From Candidatus Eiseniibacteriota bacterium (GTDB lineage Bacteria; Eisenbacteria; RBG-16-71-46; SZUA-252), in NCBI GenBank assembly GCA_031370645.1, contig JANMQV010000041.1:1-13334 (forward strand): DNA of 13,334 nt. The letters are read 5' to 3'. Below the pieces are notes generated by a model, which worked only from the letters and a program-made list of their open reading frames with translations, was not told the origin of the DNA and did not search any database. How positions within the stretch are numbered: the first letter of the stretch is position 1; each line of letters opens with the position of its first letter. Positions 1-7,658 of the stretch are shown here, piece by piece. Both the position numbers and the translations under genes were made by a program.

Positions 1-1
1 G

Positions 2-889
2 GCGGAGGGAGGACACGAACTCCCCGCCCGTCTTCACGCGATTCCCGAGGCGAACGGTGTCCCGTCGCGTCACGTGGAGGTTCGTCCGGGAATCACGATG
101 GCGCCGCTCCGTAGCGAGACCCTTCTCCCGGCGACGCACACCAACGCGGTTGTGATTGGGGATGGCGACGTCGTCATCATCGATCCCGGCAGCGCCGATG
201 CCGAGGAACAACAGGCACTCGATACCGTGGTGCGTGGGATGCTCGGCGCGGGGGGACGCGTCGTGGCGATTCTGCTGACGCATGACCATCGCGATCACAT
301 CGCTGGCGTTGAAGCGGCGCGGAAACGCTACGGCGCCCCGGTCTGGGCGCACGAAGGGGTCGGGGAGCGGGTCAAGCTCGATCGGGTTCTTCGGGGGGGG
401 GACGTGATCGAGTTGTCCGGTGCCCATCCGCGCCGGGTGCGCGTGATGGAAACGCCGGGGCATGCGAGGGCGCATCTCTCGTTCCACGAAGAATCGTCGC
501 GTACGCTGATCGCCGGGGACCTGGTCTCCGGTCTCGGGACCGTGGTGATCGATCCGCCCGATGGAAACCTGCGTGATTACCTCGCGTCGCTGGAGCGGGT
601 TCGGGCGCTCGACCTGATGACGCTCATCCCCGGCCACGGGGCACCGCATCGCGGTGTGGCTCGGCTGATCGACGCGCTCGTGCAGCATCGGCGCATGCGA
701 GAGGGGCACATCCTCCACGCGCTCGTCTCGGGCCCGCTCCCGCTCGAGGAACTCCGAGTCCGCGCCTACGCCGACACGCCCGACGCGGCGCCGACGCTGG
801 CCGCGCGCACCTTGGCCGCGCACTTGGAGAAGCTCGAGGCGGAGAAGCGAGTCGTGGTGGAAGGTGGCGAGGCGAGGCTTCTGCCGTGA
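2..889 (+). CDS. MBL-fold metallo-hydrolase, LACTB2-like, with probable C-terminal winged-helix domain; 5'-partial
   Basis: Metal-binding motifs THDHRDH (HxHxDH), TPGHARAH, AGD and PGHG, plus a C-terminal helical/wHTH-like tail (LAAHLEKLEAEKRV). The frame is open from base 2 (AEGGHELPARLHAIPEANGVPSRHVEVRPG...), so the true start probably lies upstream of the window. Stop is TGA at 887-889. Confidence 0.9.
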   Translation, partial: AEGGHELPARLHAIPEANGVPSRHVEVRPGITMAPLRSETLLPATHTNAVVIGDGDVVIIDPGSADAEEQQALDTVVRGMLGAGGRVVAILLTHDHRDHIAGVEAARKRYGAPVWAHEGVGERVKLDRVLRGGDVIELSGAHPRRVRVMETPGHARAHLSFHEESSRTLIAGDLVSGLGTVVIDPPDGNLRDYLASLERVRALDLMTLIPGHGAPHRGVARLIDALVQHRRMREGHILHALVSGPLPLEELRVRAYADTPDAAPTLAARTLAAHLEKLEAEKRVVVEGGEARLLP

Positions 890-1410
890 CCTTCTCGATC
901 GAAGAGACGGCATCGCTCCTGGCGCGGACGCCGCAAATCCTACGCTCGTGGCTCGCGGGACTTCCCGAGCCGTGGCTGATGGCCACGGAAGGAGCCGATA
1001 CCTGGAACGCATTCGACGTCGTGGGGCACCTGATCCATGGGGAGCGGACCGATTGGATCCCCCGAATGGAACACATTCTCACGAAGGGGGAATCGGAGCC
1101 CTTCCCGCCGTTCGACCGAGAAGCGATGTTTGCCGCGTCGACGGGGAAGTCGCTCGGAGTGTTGCTCGACACCTTCGCGGAGCTCCGAAAAGAGAATCTG
1201 GCGAGGCTCCGCGCCCGTCAACTGACCGCGGCGGATCTAGACAAGACCGGGCGCCATCCTGAATTCGGGACGGTGACCCTGCGCCAACATCTCGCCACGT
1301 GGGTCGCGCACGATCTGACGCACATCTCCCAGATCGCGCGGGTGATGGCGAAGCGTTACGGAGCCGAGGTCGGCCCCTGGAAGGCGTATCTCAGGATTCT
1401 GCGCGGCTAG
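886..1410 (+). CDS. DinB/YfiT-superfamily four-helix-bundle protein (putative metal-dependent thiol transferase or hydrolase)
   Basis: W-N-x-x-D-V-V-G-H-L motif, C-terminal HDLTH and GRHPEFG-x-VTL motif. The GTG start overlaps the upstream TGA (GTGA at 886-889). Confidence 0.9.
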   Translation: MTFSIEETASLLARTPQILRSWLAGLPEPWLMATEGADTWNAFDVVGHLIHGERTDWIPRMEHILTKGESEPFPPFDREAMFAASTGKSLGVLLDTFAELRKENLARLRARQLTAADLDKTGRHPEFGTVTLRQHLATWVAHDLTHISQIARVMAKRYGAEVGPWKAYLRILRG

Positions 1411-1431
1411 TGGCGCTATTTCGCGGCTAGT
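1402..1431. repeat. 10-bp direct repeat CGCGGCTAGT at the junction of two convergent genes
   Basis: Copies at 1402-1411 and 1422-1431. Each copy contains the stop codon of one of the two converging genes. Confidence 0.6.
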
Positions 1432-3535
1432 AGTTCGCCAACTCACGCATCGTCTTCGTGATCCCTTCCACCTGCGGCAGGATCGCGTCTTCAAGATCAG
1501 GCGCGTAGCCGACCGGCGTGTCGGTCGCGCCGATCCGCCGCACCGGCGCATCGAGCGAATCGAAGAGATGTTCGCCAATCCACGACGCGATCTCCCCGCC
1601 GAAGCCGCCGGTCAGGACGTCCTCATGGAGGACCAAGACGCGAGCGGTCTTCTTCACCGACGCCGCGACTGCCTCCTTGTCCCACGGAGCAAGTGTGCGA
1701 AGGTCGATCACCTCGGTGCTGATCCCGTCGGCCTCTAGCCGCTGAGCCGCCAACGCGGCGCGATTCACCGTCGCGCCCCACGAAATCACCGTGAGATCCG
1801 TCCCCTCGCGCACCATCCGAGCCTTGCCGAACGGGATCATGTAATCGGCGCCGGGGTATAGCCCCTTCGCGTACGGCTGGCGGTAGATGTGCTTGTGCTC
1901 CAGGAAAAGCACGGGATCGTCGCAGCGGATGGAGGAGCGAAGGAGCCCATTCGCGTCCGAGGCCGTGGACGGGAAGACGACCCGAATGCCGGGGCAATGG
2001 GCGAAGATGCTCTCGCCCGACTGGCTGTGATAGACCGAGCCGCCCTGAAGATAGCCGCCTGTCGCCACGCGAATGACGACGGGGCAGGAGAACTCCCCGT
2101 TCGAGCGCCACCGGATCATCGTGAGTTCGTTTCGGATCTGCATCATGGCGGGCCAGATGTAGTCGAAGAACTGGATCTCGACGACCGGCTTCATGCCGCG
2201 CGTCGCCATGCCGATCGCGCGCCCGACGATGTTCGCCTCGGCGAGCGGTGAGTTGAAGACGCGCGTCTTGCCGAACGCGCGCTGCAGGCCGTGTGTCACC
2301 TTGAAGACGCCGCCCTTGCCGGAGACGGTCTCCAAACTCTCCTCGCGCGTGGCGTCGGCCACGTCCTCGCCGAAGCAGATGATCCGGTGATCGCGCGCCA
2401 TCTCGTCTTTGAGGCAGCGATTGATCAGAGTCACCATCGTTTCGGGATTCCCCGAGAAGTGCGGCTCCGTCTCGAACGCTGGGGAGGTCGGATCGACTGT
2501 CGGCGAGTAGAGGTGATCGTAAATCGTCGAGGCGCCCGGCTTCGGCGCGGCCAGCGCGGCCGCCTCGGCCTGCGCCAGTTCCGTCTCGACGTCCAGGCGA
2601 ACGCGCTCGATCTCCTCGGCCGTCGCGATCCCTTCGCGAATGAGAAATGCAGGATAGGTCTTCACCGGGTCGCGCTTCGCCTCGGCCTCGCGCTCCACCG
2701 CCGGCTTGTACGACCCTTCGTCGTCCGACATGGAGTGGCCGTAGGGGCGCGTTACCATCGCATGCATCAGCACAGGGCCCTTGCCCGAGCGCATGTGCTC
2801 CGCCGCCTCGAGCAAGGCGCGGTACGAAGCCAGAGGATCGGTACCGTCCACCTTCATGACGCGGAGTCCGGGGACCGAACTCATGCACTTCCCGATGTCC
2901 CCACCGGGCGTCTGCGCCTCGACCGGGACTGAGATGGCGTATTGGTTATCCGTGATCATGAAGAGAACCGGGAGCGCGCCGGTCGCGGCGCTGTTGATCG
3001 CTTCCCAGAACTCGCCCTGGCTGGTCGTGCCGTCGCCCGCTGAGACGTAGACGACCTCGTCCTTGTGGAACGGGCGTCGTTCGCGGATTTCTTGAATCGT
3101 CGCGAGCAATCGGCCGCCCTCGGCGCATCCAACCGCTTGGAGGAACTGGGTGCCGGTCGGGCTCGACTGGGTGACGACGTTCGCGCGCTTCAAGCCCCAG
3201 TGGCTCGGCATCTGGCGGCCGCCCGAATTCGGATCGGCCGAAGCGCCGACCGCCTCGAAGAGCATCTCGAGCGGCGTCATGCCCAAGGTCAGCATGAGGG
3301 CGCGGTCGCGGTAATAGGGATAGAACCAGTCGTAACCGGTGCGCAGAGCCTTCCCGGCCGCGACGAGGACCGCCTCGTGTCCGGCGCCGCTGATCTGGAA
3401 GTAGATCAGGTTCTGCTTCTTCAATTTGATCTCGAGGTCGTCGGTCCGGCGAGAGAGGAGCATCAGCCGGTAGATGTCGACGAGATCCGGGCGGTTCAAG
3501 CCATGGAATGTCGTGGTGTCGGCGCGAAGGGCCAC
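1427..3535 (-). CDS. bkdA: 2-oxoacid dehydrogenase E1 component, fused alpha+beta subunits (probably 2-oxoisovalerate/branched-chain)
   Basis: Alpha half: [25 protein letters not shown] motif GDG-x(n)-DNQYAIS, HSMSDD loop. Beta half: [49 protein letters not shown]. 702 aa. GTG start with AGGAGG Shine-Dalgarno (3543-3548, minus strand). Substrate specificity is inferred. Confidence 0.93.
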   Translation of the reverse strand: MALRADTTTFHGLNRPDLVDIYRLMLLSRRTDDLEIKLKKQNLIYFQISGAGHEAVLVAAGKALRTGYDWFYPYYRDRALMLTLGMTPLEMLFEAVGASADPNSGGRQMPSHWGLKRANVVTQSSPTGTQFLQAVGCAEGGRLLATIQEIRERRPFHKDEVVYVSAGDGTTSQGEFWEAINSAATGALPVLFMITDNQYAISVPVEAQTPGGDIGKCMSSVPGLRVMKVDGTDPLASYRALLEAAEHMRSGKGPVLMHAMVTRPYGHSMSDDEGSYKPAVEREAEAKRDPVKTYPAFLIREGIATAEEIERVRLDVETELAQAEAAALAAPKPGASTIYDHLYSPTVDPTSPAFETEPHFSGNPETMVTLINRCLKDEMARDHRIICFGEDVADATREESLETVSGKGGVFKVTHGLQRAFGKTRVFNSPLAEANIVGRAIGMATRGMKPVVEIQFFDYIWPAMMQIRNELTMIRWRSNGEFSCPVVIRVATGGYLQGGSVYHSQSGESIFAHCPGIRVVFPSTASDANGLLRSSIRCDDPVLFLEHKHIYRQPYAKGLYPGADYMIPFGKARMVREGTDLTVISWGATVNRAALAAQRLEADGISTEVIDLRTLAPWDKEAVAASVKKTARVLVLHEDVLTGGFGGEIASWIGEHLFDSLDAPVRRIGATDTPVGYAPDLEDAILPQVEGITKTMRELANY

Positions 3536-3578
3536 GGAACGTCCTCCTGAAGGCGGGATTTGAGTGTTGAGAACCCTT

Positions 3579-3607
3579 AGTATACCGGAGAATCTCCGAG
3601 CCGGGAA
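3579..3607 (-). promoter_or_regulatory. Putative sigma70 promoter of the E1 gene, with a palindrome in the spacer
   Basis: Minus strand TTCCCG (3602-3607, weak -35), 17-nt spacer, TATACT (3579-3584). The spacer contains CGGAGA-A-TCTCCG (3586-3598). Confidence 0.5.
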
Positions 3608-3688
3608 CGCCGGGAAGTCCGCTTCATTAGGCGATCTGCGGGGCCTCGGCGCGTGGTACCAAGGGAGAATGGGACACGGAAGGGGCGA

Positions 3689-4372
3689 ATGAACGAATTG
3701 AGAAAGGTACAGCCGGTCCTCTTTTCAGGCCCCGAGGGGGCCTTGGAGGGGCTTTGGTGCGAGCCGGGCGCCGGTGCGCCGCCGGGGCTTCCGGCGGCGG
3801 TGATCTGCCACCCTCATCCCGCGCATCACGGCTCGATGCACAGCAAGGTGGTGCACACCGTCTATCGAGTGTTGGAGGAACGCGGACACCCGACGTTGCG
3901 ATTCAACTTTCGTGGAGTGGGGAAGAGTGAAGGGACGTACAGTGGATGGGACGGGGAGATCGGCGATCTGGAAGCGGCCGCCGCGTATGCGCGAAGGTGC
4001 GTGGCGTCGCAGCCGTTGTGGATCGCGGGGTTCTCCTTCGGTTCGTGGATCGGCCTCAACTTCGCGCTCCGCGATTCGAAGGTCGAGTTCATGATCGGAC
4101 TCGGGCTCCCGGCGAGCGGGAATGTGGACGGGCGGAAGTTTGAGTTTCTCGATCGCGTGCCGTGGCCGTTGCTCATGGTGCAGGGAGATCACGATCGGTA
4201 CGGGTCGGTAGCCGATATTGAGGCGCTGCGCGATCGGCTCGCGGCGATGGGGCGTGTTGAATTGCGCGTGGTCGTGGGGGCCGATCACTTCTTCACGGGA
4301 AAGATCGAGGTGCTCCGCGAGGCATTGAAGGATGGGATTCGCGCGCTCGCTTCCGGCGGCGCGACGAGATAG
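3689..4372 (+). CDS. Alpha/beta-fold hydrolase (COG2945-like)
   Basis: CHPHP-x-x-x-GSM-x-[17 protein letters not shown], nucleophile elbow GFSFG, acid residue in GDHD and His in GADHFF. ATG 3689 (preceded by GGAAGGGG) is preferred over GTG 3653. Confidence 0.9.
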   Translation: MNELRKVQPVLFSGPEGALEGLWCEPGAGAPPGLPAAVICHPHPAHHGSMHSKVVHTVYRVLEERGHPTLRFNFRGVGKSEGTYSGWDGEIGDLEAAAAYARRCVASQPLWIAGFSFGSWIGLNFALRDSKVEFMIGLGLPASGNVDGRKFEFLDRVPWPLLMVQGDHDRYGSVADIEALRDRLAAMGRVELRVVVGADHFFTGKIEVLREALKDGIRALASGGATR

Positions 4373-4382
4373 GAGAGGGACG

Positions 4383-5117
4383 ATGGCGGACTCAGGGAAC
4401 AGATTGGCGAAGAAGGTCGCACTCGTAACCGGCGGCTCGAAGGGAATCGGGCTCGCGGTGGCCGAGGCAATCTTGGAGCGAGGCGGGAGCGTGGCGATTT
4501 GCGCGCGAAACGTGCCAGAGGTTCAAGCAGTTGGAAAGCAGCTCGAAGAGCGTTTCCCGAAGCGCGTGCTGGCGCTGGGGTGCGACGTGCGTCGGGAGAA
4601 CGAGGTGGAGGCGACGTTCGCCGCGGTGGATGAGCGCTTCGGCGGAATCGACGTGCTCGTGAACAACGCCGGCGTCGGATTCTTTAAGAATCTCGAGAAG
4701 ATGACGCTGGAGGAGTGGAACTCGATCATCGAGACGAACGTGACTGGCGTCTTCTTGTGCTGCCGGGCGGCCGTGCCTCGGATGCGCACGCGCGGCGGCG
4801 GCTACATCGTGAATTTGTCGTCGCTCGCGGGAAAGAACGCGTTCCCTCAGGCCACCGCCTACAACGCCTCCAAGTTCGCGTTGAACGGCATGAGCGAGGC
4901 GTTGATGCAGGAAGTTCGCCACGACGGCATCCGCGTCTCGTACGTGATGCCCGGGAGCGTGAATACCTATTTCAACTCGGGTACTCCGGACGCGTCGATG
5001 TCGTGGCAATTGCAGCCCGAGGACATCGCGCGGGTGGTGGTCGATTTGTTGGGGCACGATGCGCGCTCGCTCCCGTCGTGCGTCGAAATCCGGCCCAGCA
5101 TGCCGCCGAAGAAGTAA
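4383..5117 (+). CDS. Classical short-chain dehydrogenase/reductase, probably NADP(H)-dependent
   Basis: TGGSKGIG Rossmann motif, NNAG, catalytic Ser and YNASK, PG motif, and a basic residue in CARN suggesting NADP. ATG 4383 is preceded by AGGAGAGG; the ORF-track start at 4332 lies inside the upstream gene. Confidence 0.93.
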   Translation: MADSGNRLAKKVALVTGGSKGIGLAVAEAILERGGSVAICARNVPEVQAVGKQLEERFPKRVLALGCDVRRENEVEATFAAVDERFGGIDVLVNNAGVGFFKNLEKMTLEEWNSIIETNVTGVFLCCRAAVPRMRTRGGGYIVNLSSLAGKNAFPQATAYNASKFALNGMSEALMQEVRHDGIRVSYVMPGSVNTYFNSGTPDASMSWQLQPEDIARVVVDLLGHDARSLPSCVEIRPSMPPKK

Positions 5118-5119
5118 GC

Positions 5120-5878
5120 ATGCCGACGAGCCTCAATCTGACGCGGGTAACGTACGCGGAAGACCCGACCATTCGGACCACCATCTTTCAAGAAGTGAAG
5201 GTCCCCGCATGGCCGGAGTTCATGTTTCACGATCCCCTGGCCAATGAGCTCTGGCACTACCTTCAGGAAGAGTTCGCGGAGTACCAGTTCATCTACCGCG
5301 ACGACGCGGGGAAGACAATCGCAGTGGGGCACACGCTGCCGTTTCACTGGGATCGCCCGCTCGGAGATCTCCCCGAGACAGGGTGGGACGGCATCTTCCG
5401 AAAGGTCGTGGACGACTACCTGGCCGGTCGGAAGCCGAACATGATGACCGCCATCGAAGCCACGATCATTCCGGCTCATCGCGGGAGCGGGTTGAGCAAG
5501 CGTGTCATCGGGGAGATGCGCACGATGGCCCAGGCGCGCGGCTTCAAGACCCTGGTAGCGCCAGTTCGGCCATCGATGAAGAGCCGCTATCCCACCACGC
5601 CGATCGAGCGGTATGTGGGGTGGAAGTCGGAAGATGGTCTTCCGTTCGACCCGTGGCTCCGCACCCACGCCCGGCTAGGGGCGAAGATCGTGAAGATCGC
5701 CCACGAGTCGATGCGGATCCCGGGAAAGGTGGCGGACTGGGAGAAGTGGACCGGAATGCGATTTCCGGATAGCGGGGAGTACATTGTCCCGGGAGCGCTG
5801 GTGCCGGTTCGGGTGGATCGCGAACGAGACGACGCGCTCTACGTGGAGCCAAATGTTTGGATGGTGCACGCGGTTTAG
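5120..5878 (+). CDS. GNAT-family N-acetyltransferase-like protein (252 aa)
   Basis: Acetyl-CoA-binding motif A (PAHRGSGLS), plus WPEFM-x-HD, LVAPVRP, DGLPFDPWLRTH and YVEPNVW motifs of an uncharacterised GNAT family. ATG lies 2 nt after the SDR stop; the longer ORF-track start at 4715 is a shadow extension. Confidence 0.85.
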   Translation: MPTSLNLTRVTYAEDPTIRTTIFQEVKVPAWPEFMFHDPLANELWHYLQEEFAEYQFIYRDDAGKTIAVGHTLPFHWDRPLGDLPETGWDGIFRKVVDDYLAGRKPNMMTAIEATIIPAHRGSGLSKRVIGEMRTMAQARGFKTLVAPVRPSMKSRYPTTPIERYVGWKSEDGLPFDPWLRTHARLGAKIVKIAHESMRIPGKVADWEKWTGMRFPDSGEYIVPGALVPVRVDRERDDALYVEPNVWMVHAV

Positions 5879-5912
5879 TTGGTGATTGGGTTCGACGAAT
5901 CAACGGGCACCC

Positions 5913-5950
5913 ATCCGGTATCTTTTAGACACCGGATCCGGTTTCTTCTG
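5913..5950. terminator. Hairpin between convergent transcription units, possible bidirectional terminator
   Basis: ATCCGGT-A-TCT-TTT-AGA-C-ACCGGAT (5913-5937); the single mismatch is a G.U pair on the minus-strand RNA. Followed on + by CCGGTTTCTTCT. The U-tract is imperfect. Confidence 0.45.
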
Positions 5951-5966
5951 CACTCCCGAACCGGGC

Positions 5967-6578
5967 CTATCTGGGATCAACTGGAATAGACCGGCTTGGA
6001 TCTCGCCCGGGTCTGTCCGGCTGACTCTCCGGAGGCGGGATGGAATGGGATCTCCGCGGGCGTTCGATTATCGAACGTCGGTTCACCGAAGACGCCTCCG
6101 ATCGCGAATACCACGTGTCGCTAGCGTCGTCCACGAAGATGCCGGGTCCTCCAGGGTAAGCCACGAGGGTCTCGGCTGTAGACCCCTCGAACCAAAAGAT
6201 CTGGCCCTCCCCGAGCAGGTCGAAATACCAGTTCTTGAATGTCATCCAGAAGCGCTGACGCGGACCTTCCTTGTTAAGGGGTGGCGCTCGGTGAATCGTC
6301 ACCTGCCCCTAGCAAAGCCGATAGGTCGCGATCGAATCAACTTCGAAGTACTCGTATCGCCCACGCGGGTGGATTGTGAGAAATCGGTCGTAACCGACCG
6401 AAGCTGGCCGGAAGCCGGCTGGAACGGGCCCGAAACCACCAGAGGAGCCGATCCATCGCCACGTCCCGTAGAGTGCCGATGAATCGGGCAATGCGGCGGC
6501 TGCGGTCGAGTCGGTGGCGATCGCGAGTGCTGAAAACGCGACCCCAAGAGCTGACAACATGGTTCGAAGGAATCTCAC
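5967..6578 (-). pseudogene. Secreted hypothetical protein (possible lipocalin-like beta-barrel) interrupted by an in-frame TAG at 6309-6311
   Basis: ORFs 6309..6578 and 5967..6302 share one frame and join as ...ATYRLC*GQVTIHRAPP... (203 codons). GTG start with GAGGG Shine-Dalgarno, a Sec-type signal peptide (MRFLRTMLSALGVAFSALAIA...), a LYGTWRWIGSSGGFG motif, and aromatic beta-strand-like sequence on both sides of the stop. Confidence 0.6.
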
Positions 6579-6614
6579 ACCGTCACCCTCGATTGCGTGG
6601 GCCCGCCCTCGGAT

Positions 6615-7565
6615 CTACCTCGATAGCAAATTCAATCCGGCACCGATCAGCGCCGCCGCAAGCACACAGCTCGTGAGGTATCTTGCTGCACCATTCATTC
6701 CTAGCCACTTCGACACTACCCCGAAGGTCAGTATGTTGACGATCGGCACCGCTAGCATCATCGAGGTCGCGGGACCAGTTCCCATTCCCTTCTCCAGCAA
6801 CTCATGCACGAGCGGTAGCTCGGCGCCCGAGCAAAAGTAGAATGGCACTCCCGTCAGCGCCCCCAGCAACGATCCGGTCACAGCTTTCTGCCCGTACAAC
6901 ACGTGAATCCAATGCCGCGGAACGAGCCCATCCACGATGGCGGCGAGCGCTAGGCTCACAAGAACCCACGGTCCGAACTCCTTGATTTGCCCCCAGAATC
7001 GGCGGAGCACCTTCGCGGTGCGTGTCCGCTGCGGCGCCGTCGCGGCCGTCGCCCCAACCGCGCCACCAAGCACTGCGGTCCGTCCTCCGATGGGCGCCAG
7101 CGTGATCGGCTCCGAGGGAGATATCGCCGAACGCTCCCCGGAACTCCTCAGGACCCGCGTACTCGCATAGCCGACTATCAGTCCAAAAACCACCGACGCC
7201 CCGAACCGCACGAGCGCCCACCACCCGCCGAGCACCTTCCACGTCAGCAATACCACCGGAACGCTGACCGCCGCCCCCGCCGTGAGAAACGCGAACGTGT
7301 GCTTCAAGTCGCTCCCGCGCCTCCGTAGCGACACCGCCAAAGGCACCATCCCGCAGGTACACAGCGGCAGCGCAGCGCCGACCGCCGAGGCCAACAGCAT
7401 CGTCCCTGGGCTCGTCCCTGTGAGGAATCGCGCGATCGTTGCCTCGGTCACGAACTCCTCGATCAACGCTCCGAGGAAGATGGCGAGCAGGAAGAAGGGG
7501 AGGATCTCGATGGAGGCGGCGAGGAACGTGGCGCTGACCGTGGCCAGCGACGCGGTGGGATTCAT
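6615..7565 (-). CDS. DUF318 / ArsP-type (COG0701) permease
   Basis: Two homologous multi-TM halves with Cys motifs PLCTCGMVP and PFYFCSGAELPL, joined by a hydrophilic linker. ATG 7565 is preferred over the ORF-track start at 7622. Confidence 0.88.
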   Translation of the reverse strand: MNPTASLATVSATFLAASIEILPFFLLAIFLGALIEEFVTEATIARFLTGTSPGTMLLASAVGAALPLCTCGMVPLAVSLRRRGSDLKHTFAFLTAGAAVSVPVVLLTWKVLGGWWALVRFGASVVFGLIVGYASTRVLRSSGERSAISPSEPITLAPIGGRTAVLGGAVGATAATAPQRTRTAKVLRRFWGQIKEFGPWVLVSLALAAIVDGLVPRHWIHVLYGQKAVTGSLLGALTGVPFYFCSGAELPLVHELLEKGMGTGPATSMMLAVPIVNILTFGVVSKWLGMNGAARYLTSCVLAAALIGAGLNLLSR

Positions 7566-7599
7566 CCTCCCATTGTACCCCGGCGGACGTCCGGCACAA
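7566..7599 (-). promoter_or_regulatory. Putative leaderless sigma70 promoter of the permease
   Basis: Minus strand TTGTGC (7594-7599), 16-nt spacer, TACAAT (7572-7577), GGGAGG, then ATG (7565). Confidence 0.55.
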
Positions 7600-7658
7600 A
7601 CGCCGCCCCGGCCCACAAACAACGACTCCCGCCGCGCAACGTGGTACCGCCTGCTGAC

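Noticed and set aside
2..889. Antibiotic-resistance beta-lactamase call for the MBL gene
   Set aside because: The motif pattern and C-terminal winged-helix-like tail fit LACTB2/glyoxalase II-like hydrolases rather than class B beta-lactamases.
6061..6085. Palindrome CGTTCGAT-T-ATCGAACG overlapping a GAAC-N4-GTTC (LexA/Cheo-box-like) sequence
   Set aside because: It lies inside a coding frame near a convergence point with no nearby gene start to regulate, and it does not match a dif/Xer site; probably chance.
6309..6311. Genome-wide TAG reassignment (alternative genetic code)
   Set aside because: Seven well-supported genes in the window end at TAG, several at recognisably natural C-termini, and none contains an internal TAG.
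5886..6482. 198-aa plus-strand ORF following the GNAT gene
   Set aside because: TTG start, no clear RBS and R/P/S-rich motif-less sequence; the opposite strand has an RBS, signal peptide and more protein-like composition.
3652..7648. CGTGGTACC present in both divergent intergenic regions (3652-3660 and 7640-7648)
   Set aside because: A single 9-mer match with no conserved flanks or consistent position relative to promoter elements; compatible with chance.
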